From positions 62,001 through 126,000 of the forward strand of contig NIVC01002108.1 of assembly GCA_002269645.1 (NCBI GenBank): a stretch of DNA of 64,000 nucleotides, in the 5' to 3' direction. The position numbers were made by a program, and so were the translations under genes. Below the pieces are notes generated by a model. It searched no databases. It had not been told where the DNA came from and worked only from the letters and a program-made list of their open reading frames with translations. Shown one piece after another: positions 47,200-57,409 of the stretch (its first letter is position 1; the number at the start of each line of letters is the position of its first letter). This DNA is from Macrostomum lignano. Its lineage: Eukaryota.

Positions 47200-48170
47200 G
47201 CAGCCACCCCAAAGTACACTCGCTCCCAATCCGCCCAGCCCCACTCACCCCAATGTACACTCGCTCCCGACCAGCCCAGCCCCACTCACCCCAATGTACA
47301 TTCGCTCCCGACCAGCCAGCCCCACTCGCCCCAAAGTACACTCGCTTCCGACCAGCCCAGCCCCACTCACCCCAATGTACATTCGCTCCCGATCCGCCCA
47401 GCCCCACTCACCCCAATGTACACTCGCTCCCGACCAGCCCAGCCCCACTCACCCCAATGTACACTCGCTCCCGATCCGCCCAGCCCCACTCACCCCAATG
47501 TACACTCGCTCCCAATCCGCCCAGCCCCACTCACCCCAATGTACACTCGCTCCCGACCAGCCCAGCCCCACTCACCCCAATGTACATTCGCTCCCGACCA
47601 GCCAGCCCCACTCGCCCCAAAGTACACTCGCTTCCGACCAGCCCAGCCCCACTCACCCCAATGTACATTCGCTCCCGATCCGCCCAGCCCCACTCACCCC
47701 AATGTACACTCGCTCCCGACCAGCCCAGCCCCACTCACCCCAATGTACACTCGCTCCCGATCCGCCCAGCCCCACTCACCCCAATGTACACTCGCTCCCG
47801 ACCAGCCCAGCCCCACTCACCCCAATGTACATTCGCTCCCGACCAGCCAGCCCCACTCGCCCCAAAGTACACTCGCTCCCGACCAGCCCAGCCCCACTCA
47901 CCCCAATGTACATTCGCTCCCGATCCGCCCAGCCCCACTCACCCCAAAGTACACTCGCTCCCGACCAGCCCAGCCCCACTCACCCCAATGTACACTCGCT
48001 CCCGATCCGCCCAGCCCCACTCACCCCAATGTACACTCGCTCCCGACCAGCCCAGCCCCACTCACCCCAATGTACATTCGCTCCCGACCAGCCAGCCCCA
48101 CTCGCCCCAAAGTACACTCGCTCCCGACCAGCCCAGCCCCACTCACCCCAATGTACACTCGTTCCCGACA
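47200..48170. repeat. 41-bp minisatellite with about 245-bp higher-order period
   Basis: Unit CCCAGCCCCACTCACCCCAATGTACACTCGCTCCCGACCAG; identical spurious ORFs recur every 245 bp (47245, 47490, 47735, 47980). Confidence 0.95.
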
Positions 48171-48851
48171 AGACTCCCAAACCCCGCGACGTACTTCAAA
48201 ATGTGCAGAAATATTTCAGCACCTGCTGATAAAAGCAAGAAGAGTAGTCAGTTCTGCACTTTCGTCTACGAGTATTTCCATTACTTATTCTTTTTCCCTG
48301 CCATAACAAACCAGTTGTGACTCTAGCAAGTAGTAACGTTTTAAGCCACCCAGCTTGTATTTTATTTATCACAAGAGTGCGTTTTCTCCTAAATGAAAAG
48401 TAAAAAAATAATAAATACAAATATTATTCAGCTATTTATGATGAGGCAGACAGGCGTTCGACTTTTTGATCGAGGAGCGCCTTTCGCTGTCGCCTTTTTA
48501 ACTGCCGATTTCAATTGCGAGCCGGCCATCTCCGTGCTTTCGTGAATGCCTTAATTTATTTGGACTGTAGGAAATTCTGTAGGAAATTGGCAAGTGAAAA
48601 TAAAATGCTGAGACAATAAAGCAGAAACAAAAAATAACAGTAAAAACATTGCCAAAAAACTTTAGAAAACCAAAAGCATTTAACGGCTCAAAAAGTGAAC
48701 TGTTTCTTTTACATTTGAATCAACAGATTTATCTGCGGTATTTTTAAAACTTTTTTTAATCAATTCGGCGAGAAAAAGTACTCGCATTTTTGCACACTAC
48801 TACTGCTACACAGAAGCAGTAGAATGCTTAGCACATGGTCGCAGAAAAAAG

Positions 48852-51800
48852 TTATTTAAATGCCAGGTCAGCGCCGCAGCGAGTGCGCACCCTGAGCGGC
48901 ACGGCCAGCCCGATCCGCTCCGCCAGGCCCTCCATCACTCGGCCGAATTCTGCGGCTGCGAGCTCGGCCCGCGAGGCCGCCACCTCCCACACCAGCTCGT
49001 CGTGCAGGTGCAGCACCAGACGGGCGTCGCGCAGCTCTGGCGAGGCGTTGGCGGCCTCCCAGCAGCTCAGCATCGCCAGCTTGCACAGGTCGGCCGCGCT
49101 GCCCTGCGGGGGTCGGGGATTCAGCGGAGGTTGTACGAGTAATCTCACAGGCGAGGCAGATATCCACATAAAAGTGGGAATTAATTGTCCATTAAATTGA
49201 GCAAAGGCCATCCAGTTTGATGCCAAAGCCCCCACCTGAATTGTGAAATTCACAGCCTGGCGCTGGGCCCGCGCCCTCGCCGACGGCACGGGGCTGTCGA
49301 TATCCGCGAAGGTGCGCCGCCGGCCCATCAGGGTGGCGACTGTGCGGTCGGTGGCCGCCTGCCGGGTGACCCGGCGGAAATATTCGAACGGGGTCGGCCA
49401 GCTGCGCTGCAGGGCTTCGTACATCCGCTTCACCTGGCGAGAGGGAGGGAAGCGGTGGGGCTGCGGTGCAACTGCGGCTCGAGAAATTACACGTACCATT
49501 AATCCGCTCTCTCCTCTCCCCCCTCCCATCTATCCGCTCTCTCCTCTCTCTATCTATCCGCTCTCTCCCCCTCCCATCTATCCGCTCTCTCCCCTCCCCA
49601 TCTATCCGCTCTCTCCTCCCATCTATCCGCTCTTTCCCCCTCCCCATCTATCCGCTCTCTCCCCCTCCATCTATCCGCTCTCTCTCCTCCCCATCTATCC
49701 GCTCTCCCCCCTTTCCATTTATCCGCTCTTCCCCCATCTATACGCTTTCTCCCCCTCCCTATCCATCCGCTCTTTTTCCGCTCCCTCTACCCTTCCCTCC
49801 CGCTCGGCCACTCATCTCGCACCTGGCCAATGCTGACAGCAGTGGACAGGATCTCTGTGAGCTTCTGCTGGCAGGCCCCGTACATGGTGGCGTACACGAG
49901 CCGCTTTGTGACGTCACGGTCAGCCTCCGTGACTGCCGCGACAGCCGAGCCTTCTTGGGCACCTTCGCCGTCACCTGCAGCTCCAGGCTTCGGCTCCGGC
50001 CGGTTCAAGCAGACCCGCGCCAGGTCCTCGAACACGTCGGTGTCCGCTGCAAAGGCCGCCTTCAGTCGGGCGTCGCCGGTCAGGTGGGCGAAGATTCGCA
50101 GTTCCACGTGTCGATAGTCGATAGCGAGGAGGCTGCGCCCAGATGGCGCCTGGAAGCAGGCGCGGACGCTGTAGCGGCTGCTGTCCAGGGGGTCGCTGCA
50201 CTGCCTGGCCGGGGATGGCAGGAATATGGTGGATTGCTAATCTAGTCATTATGAATTGCTAATCTAGTCATTATGGATTGCTAATCTAGTCATTATGGAT
50301 TGCTAATCTAGTCAGTATGGATTGCTAATCTAGCCAACATGGATTGCTAATCTATTTAAAATGGATTGCTAATCTAGCCAACATGGCGCACAGAGAAGCC
50401 CCAGTTACCTGGGCAGTCCCTGCAGGTTCGGCAGCGAGCTGTACAGCCGGCCAGTCACCGCGGATCTCTGATCCCACACCGGCCGAATCCGGCCGTCCGT
50501 CTCGACAAACTCCTTCATCAGTGCAAGTCAAGGTGAGTGAAATCGATTTAAATACGATTGGCAATTACCGATATGTATCGAAAATCGCAGAATTCCAGTT
50601 ACAATGTACCTGATATCCAACGCAGCAGACGCTGATGGTGCGATGGAGCCGCCTGTAGGCCACAACTTGAGCTGGCAGGGGGTGCTTGGGCGCCATGAGC
50701 ATGAGCACCTCCTGCTTGGTTGACTGGTCCTTCACCGCTTTGGTCAATCCGCTGTTCTGCAGTTCGTCGGCTGTCAGTTGCTCGTGCAGGCGGAGCTTCG
50801 AGTACAGCAGGTTCTTCAGCTGTAGCGGGCTGTTGATGCAGAACGTCTCACCCGCGGCCTTCGGGTGGGCAGAGGTTGATGTGGCAGATGTTCCATTGTG
50901 ATTACGACCCTTGTGCAAGAGGTTCTTATAAGAAATTGGTGTCTGTAAACACTCTGGGTGTCCTCTTTCATAATCAATTATATCCTTATCTGGAATTCAG
51001 GTGTCCTCATCTAAACTTTACGTGTCCTCATTTGACCTTGCGTGTCCTCATCTGACATTGCGTATGCTCATCTGAACCTTGCGTGTCCTCATCTGACCTT
51101 GTGTGTGTCCTAATCTGACCTTGCGTGTCCTCATCTGAACCTTGTGTGTCCTCATCTGACATTGCGTGTCCTCATCTGACCTTATGTGTGTCCTAATCTG
51201 ACCTTGCGTGTCCTCATCTGACCTTATGTGTGTCCTAATCTGACCTTGCGTGTCCTCATCTGACCTTGCGTGTCCTCATCTGACCTTATGTGTGTCCTAA
51301 TCTGACCTTGCGTGTCCTCATCTGACCTTGCGTGTCCTCATCTGAACCTTGTGTGTCCTCATCTGACATTGCGTGTCCTCATCTGACCTTGCGTGTCCTC
51401 ATCTGACCTTGCGTGTCCTCATCTGAACCTTGTGTGTCCTCATCTGACATTGCGTGTCCTCATCTGACCTTGCGTGTCCTCATCTGACATTGCGTGTCCT
51501 CATCTGACCTTGCGTGTCCTTATCTGACATTGCGTGTCCTCATCTGAACCTTGTGTGTCCTCATCTGACATTGCGTGTCCTCATCTGACATTGCGTGTCC
51601 TCATCTAAACATTGTGTGTCCTCATCTGACCTTATGTGTGTCCTCATCTGACCTTGAGTGTCCTCATCTGACCTTGCGTGTCCTCATCTGACATTGCGTG
51701 TCCTCATCTGAGCCTTGTGTGTCCTCATCTGAACCTTGCGTGTCCTCATCTGACCTTTTTTGTGTCCATTTGACCTTGTGTGTATCCTCATCTCATACTT

Positions 51801-53808
51801 GACGCTCATACTTGAGATCTTGACGCTCATACTGCATAAACTGCAAATCAAAGCTGCCACACTCCTTTATAACTAACACCCACTATCAGACTCAACACCT
51901 TGAGCACTGTCAAGCCCACCTCATAGATGCTATTCTTGAGCTGGTCCAGCTTCTTATCCAAATCCAGCTTAATCTCGGCCAGCTTCCCCTTGTCAGCCCG
52001 CACCCCGGTCCGCTCCATCAGGTAGATCAGCGGCACCAGCGGGGACTCGAGCTTGGTGAACAGGTCGAGCATCCCGGCCTGCTGAAGCCGCCGTTCCAGG
52101 CGCCACCACAGGCGACCAATTAGAAAGGCCTGCAGCGCATGGGGTGCCAAAAATGCCTGCTTAAGACGAATCTTAAGACTAATTTAATTAGTACACACAG
52201 TCATAACCAGCCCAAACAAAAGTGCACACAGTCATAACCGGTTCAGTCAAAAGTGCACACAGCCATAACCGGTTCAGTCAAAAGTACACACAGTCATAAC
52301 CGGTTCAGTCAAAAGTACACACAGCCATAATCAGCCCAAAAAAGTACACAGAGCGCAGAACAAAGACCTGTTCCCACACTGGCAGCGAGCCAACCGCGGC
52401 CGGGTCGAACCGGCCGGGCAGGTGGCGCAGCAGCAGCGAGTGGACATCGTCCAGCGGCTTGTCGGGCTCGAGCAGGAAGTGCGCCAGCGGCAGGTCCAAC
52501 ACCCGGCCGCTCAGCAGCTGCAGGAACTGGTCGCCAGACTCGCCAGAGTCCGTGGTATCCTCGGCCGCCGCGGCCAGATGGCAGAACGCTTTGAGATGAG
52601 TGCAGCAGACCCGGGACACCCGGCTGGACACCAGCAGGCGAGTCAGGGAGGCCCGGAAGTCCGCCTGGCACAGCACGGCCAGGCTGTACGTCTGCGATAG
52701 AGACGCGGTCTTGCTGGCCACGTTGCCGTAGAACAGGAATATGCCCGAGTACTGGGGCGGCTGGCCGCTGCCGCTGATGAGGCTCTGGTCGCTGTCCGCC
52801 TCGCTAGCCGCCGGCTGCTGCCGCGGTGCGGTCAGGCAGAGCAGCAGCAGGTCGCGGGAGACGCCGTCTTCGGCGTCCTCAAGCCGGGCCGCGGCTGGAT
52901 CGATCAGCGGCGGCGCAGCGCTGGAAGCTGCAGCTGCTGGCGACTTCTCGGCTGCTGCTGCTGGCGGCGGCGGCGGCGTGGTTTTGGGAGAGCTGGGAGA
53001 AGCAGATCCGGGAGCTTCTCGTTGCCGAATCACCCGGTCAATGATGTGCGCCTCAGTGGCGGCGAGCGGCACCGAGGACGGGCTGGAAGGCGGTGAAGGC
53101 GGCTGCGGCGGCGGGGACGGTAAGCCGACAAGGCGGATCTTCCAGGCTCGGTCGAATGTGTCCGGGCCGGGGTTGAAGATGAACAGCCGGCCCAGCGGGT
53201 GCGGCCTCGGCGGCTGCGACTGGACAGATGGCTGGCCTGAGGTGGGGTTTTGGATTGTGGGATGTGGGATAGGACCAACCCCACCGAACTGCTTACCAAC
53301 CCCACCTACTCTTTACCAACCCCACCTACTCTTTACCAACCCCACCTACTCTTTACCAACCCCACCCGCTCTTTACCAACCCCAACCCTCTTAACTAATC
53401 CAAGGACGCTGTTTCCCAAGCTAGAGCCCCTTTGTCATGATACAAGGCAATGCAAAACTATGGCAACACACCGCAATCAATGGGCAAATTTCTGCTGTAG
53501 AAAATCTTCCGCTTCCTTCCACCAGAAGCAACAGCGCTGTTGCTGCCGTCTCCAGCATCGACCTCGGACTGGACGCTCACTGGTCGAATGACGGGATCGC
53601 AGCGCGGCCCGCTGTACGCCGACCTTCCAGACTGCGCCACGGCTCGCCGCATTTCGGCCTTCCTCTGCCGCTGCCTGCGCAGGAAGCTCAGCACACGGCG
53701 ACACTCCTCGGACAGGCCGGAGGAAAACGAGGAGGCGTCCGAGGAGCCGAAGCCGATGACTGGCGGAAGGTGCGGCAAAGGTCGGTAGCGATTCTGACGG
53801 CCGGTCAT
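48852..53808 (-). CDS. POLN: Family-A DNA polymerase, best fit DNA polymerase nu
   Basis: Exons approximately 53808-53523, 53236-52367, 52129-51920, 50858-50610, 50514-50407, 50204-49824, 49433-49236, 49106-48852 (the first two donors are uncertain). Motifs VTGRLYSSLPNLQ, A: IDYRHVELRIFAHL, B: RDVTKRLVYATMYG, RQAVNFTIQGSAAD, C: LHLHDELVWEV. No helicase domain. Confidence 0.85.
49490..49790. repeat. Pyrimidine-rich minisatellite (CTATCCGCTCTCT core), polymerase intron
   Basis: About 25-bp variable unit. Confidence 0.9.
50230..50390. repeat. 22-bp minisatellite, polymerase intron
   Basis: Unit ATGGATTGCTAATCTAGTCATT. Confidence 0.92.
51000..51800. repeat. 20-22-bp minisatellite, polymerase intron
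   Basis: Unit TGCGTGTCCTCATCTGACCT. Confidence 0.94.
52190..52340. repeat. 31-bp minisatellite, polymerase intron
   Basis: Unit AAAAGTGCACACAGTCATAACCGGTTCAGTC. Confidence 0.88.
53285..53385. repeat. 20-bp minisatellite, polymerase intron 1
   Basis: Unit ACCAACCCCACCTACTCTTT. Confidence 0.88.
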
Positions 53809-54112
53809 TGTGCCTAGCTGGAAATTGCGGGGCACGGCTGTGACGTTATTCGCTTCGCTTTCACGGGCGTAGTTAAGATTTCTAAAAATCTAATCTAAAA
53901 ATTAGAATCTGATGACTCTGCTTTGATTTGAGTAAGCTTTTATTAGTCTATGGCCAAACCTGTTTGATTAGTTTACGTCATCACGATGTCTGTGGCAACA
54001 GAATGCTGTTTGCCTTTCAATTTAGCAGTGTCTATGGTTAAACATCACACGAATGAAATTGACTGACAGCTTAAGTTTGAGTTGCCATATTTCTCGTGCC
54101 AATAACCTGTTA

Positions 54113-54641
54113 TAGCATTTTGCAGTCAAGTTTGAACTGCGGGCATTCAAATTAGACAAGAAGGGAAGAGCCAAATTTCAGAATCCGTCCCCAAGTCAAG
54201 CAGAACTTTATGTCTGTGGCACAAACTGAAACACACTGACGGGCACTCAATTTAGACAACGGGCATTCAAATTAGACAAGCAGCGGAAAGTCTATGTGTG
54301 CCAGAGAGAAAGACCATGGACAATCCGATTCGTCGCTATGCAAGAATTTCCAGAGAGAAGCGTGACCTCATTATTGGGGCATGCCAACGTGGTGACTCTG
54401 TGGCTGAAATTGCCAACATGTTGGATGTCAAGAGATCATCAGTGTACAACAGACGCAACACGATCTTGAATTGCCCAGCCAATGCGCCTGAGAACTTGTC
54501 TAATTTGAATGCCCCTTGTCTAAATTGAGTGCCCACCAGTGTGATTTTGTCTAGGCCATAGATAGCATTTGTGCCAGCAGTGAGATCTGGTCAAGCGTCT
54601 AATTTGAATGCCCGCAGTTCAAACTTGACTGCAAAATGCTA
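54113..54641 (+). mobile_element. Tc1/mariner-like deletion derivative
   Basis: Perfect 47-bp inverted repeat including flanking TA (54111-54157 vs 54597-54643). Internal ORF has a transposase-type HTH (ISREKRDLIIGACQRGDSVAEIANMLDVKRSSVY); no DDE domain. Confidence 0.85.
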
Positions 54642-55101
54642 TAGTAAGTTTATTTGCAATAAATAAACAGAGCCCGCCAGTTTCTCTGTTGTTTTTCCTG
54701 ATGAAAAAGTGCATGCATGATGTCAACAGGAAAACAGGCAGTTCTATATTCTTGAAGACAATCATATAATAGCGCAGTTCTCATGCAAAATTCAGACCTC
54801 TCCAAGCTATAGCTATGCAAGACTGAGTAACGGCAAGACAAAGCACACTAATACACAATTTGTGTATCAGTGCCCTGCTTATCTCTCAAACCCAAATAGA
54901 GGGGAGATCGAGTTGTTTAACGCAGAAAGATTCGGCAATATTTCAGTCTCAGCCCACGTTGACTATCTTATCTGGCTCTGCAAAGTTTATTTAGTCCTTA
55001 GCTGAGCGCAAATCTGCGGAAACCTTGCTAGCGCTCTGAAAAAAACTGGCTCTGAAGAGCAGCTCTGCAATCTTCAAGGCAACAATTCACAGCTATTAGC
55101 A

Positions 55102-55626
55102 ATGCTCAGCACAACCAGCGGGTTCACCCCGGAACAGGTCCAGCGATTCCGGACGATGTTTTGCGTTCTGCTCGTGGGAGTAGCCATTCTCACTCTGGGC
55201 GTTGGGATTCTCTGCTTCGGCCGAATGTACGGCTTCGACTCCAGCCGCTACGACCTGTTCATGGTGTTCGGGGTTATCATCGTGCTGATTGCGACCGTCA
55301 CCATCACAGTGCCAGTCTGCTGTCAGATCCGAATCTACCTGGAGGTGCGCAAAGATATCAAAGGCGACGAAAGCGACATCAGAGACTACGCGCCAGTGGC
55401 CACCCACCAGATGGGCACCGGGGCCTATATTTACCAGCAGCAGCAGCAGCAACCTCAGCCGCCACCGATGCAGCACAGAAGCCAGCTGCCGTTCTCATCA
55501 GCTGCCTACATTATGAGCCAGCAGCAACAACAGCAACAGCAATATCCAGCCATGCAGCGAATGGACAAAGCCTACAGTGGCAGCGGAAGCCAGGCCTCTC
55601 TGAACCTACAGCAAAAGCCATTCTAA
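55102..55626 (+). CDS. Uncharacterised two-TM protein with Gln/Pro-rich tail, intronless
   Basis: 174 aa with two hydrophobic helices (MFCVLLVGVAILTLGVGILCF; LFMVFGVIIVLIATVTITVPVCC). GC-rich ORF bounded by AT-rich DNA. Confidence 0.7.
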   Translation: MLSTTSGFTPEQVQRFRTMFCVLLVGVAILTLGVGILCFGRMYGFDSSRYDLFMVFGVIIVLIATVTITVPVCCQIRIYLEVRKDIKGDESDIRDYAPVATHQMGTGAYIYQQQQQQPQPPPMQHRSQLPFSSAAYIMSQQQQQQQQYPAMQRMDKAYSGSGSQASLNLQQKPF

Positions 55627-57409
55627 ACTATTATAAATACTTCTTTAACATTCTTTAAAATTTCTTTAACATTAGGTTAAAAAACTTCTAAAACCGAGCA
55701 ACTGCATTATAATGTGTCTCTAAAGTTTATTACTCGTAGTATAGTTGTTTTAATAAAGTACAAAGTCCTAATATTGTTTAACATTGCTCTTTTACCTTGT
55801 AATTATTATTTAAACTTAATTATTATATGAGTACTCTATAATATCTGTCATCTTGTAAATAAAATAGTTTAGAACGTCAAAACTTGTAAATGATTATAAT
55901 TTTCATTATCTAAAATATTAAATTTCTTAGCTTAATATCAATAATTAAAAAAATAAAATACTGCAAAACAAGTTTTACAAATAAGCAATAAGGTACAATA
56001 ACTTTTTTATGTACAAACTAGGACCATCCAATGAGCTTTATATATTATATTTGAAGCTAGGTACTATTAAATGAATGGGTTGACTTAAAGAAGTTATAAT
56101 TTGCAATTTAATCACAGATACTGGTTGCAATTTAAAAATCTACACTGCTGCAATAGAATTTGGTCTATGATGCAAAATCAGAAACAATACTTAGTAAGAA
56201 TTCTTGAGTAAGAATTTTTAGTAGAAGTAAGAATTTATTGAAGCTATGAAAGGCAGATGATATTTAATGAAAATAAACATCTTAGATGCATTCGAATAAC
56301 AGGTATTCAACTTATTATTTTATTCGAGGCAATATATTTTAGAAGTCTATTAAGAAATTACCAGTATCTTTATCTTTATCTTGATCCTGGGTTGCTATAA
56401 GTTGAGATCATAAAGTTAAAATACTTGGCTAATTTCAATATTATCAATTATCAATAGCTTTTATCAATAAGTATCAAAAGCTAAATTTAAAATATGCTCA
56501 AGATTCTGAAGTTCTTTGCTGCAAAATAGTAAAATAGTAGTATAAGCCTAAAAATGTTACAGCTAGACACTGTGCTGTAACTTTCCTAATATTATATAGC
56601 TAAAGCTTTGAGACTTTACCTTTAGGGAAAGAGCAATTAAAAACGATTTTCGTGTAATGAACCTCAATACGATGCACGTGAAAATTACAGCTTCTATAAA
56701 TAGTACATTGCAAGTACATTGCAAGTACATTGCAAGACATTTTTTGAAATTAATACAAATGTCATTTTCTGTCTTTGATCGATCTTATCAAAGATAAAAC
56801 CCTTGTAGAAGTACAAAGTACATGTACATACGTATTGTATTGTAAGAAAAACTACCAAAATGCAAAGAGAATTTTTTTCAGAGGCAGTCAGTCAGTCATC
56901 AGATCCGCGCGCGCGATGGCCGCGCGCCGCCGTGCGTGATAAATGAAAATTATTTTAAAAATCTTTTGCATATCATAGATTTTTTCTGCTCAAGTAAGCA
57001 ATTCAATACATATCGTAACATTTAATGCTAATTTTGAATATTTTGCTTTATTGAAGGCCTAAACCAAATAAAAAGTTTAACGATTTGTTTTTATGAACTT
57101 TTTTTGTATCATATAGTGCCGTGTGAAATCGATCGAATCTTTATTATTTATGCGTCTTTTAAACTCGGGCGCTGGTAGGTGCTATGCATGCGCGTCTATC
57201 TTTTTGTAGGCCTATTAATAGACAATTATACATGTTATATAACTACCGGTACAATTACATGTAGCTGATGAATTTATTTGCAATTTAATTCACAAAAACT
57301 TTAATGATGATACATCGCTATTGGTAAAATTCAATTAGGCGCCTAGCTAAATTTTAATAAATGAGTTGATGATGGGAGGTACATAGCGTTGTGTACCTAC
57401 ATGTATCCC

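Noticed and set aside
47044-48320. Pro-rich ORFs of 343-420 aa
   Set aside because: Translation of the 41-bp minisatellite in all three frames.
48852-53808. POLQ or bacterial PolI (horizontal transfer or contamination) as the identity of the polymerase
   Set aside because: No helicase exons, motif B is closer to POLN, and the gene has spliceosomal introns with host-type repeats. A phylogeny is still needed.
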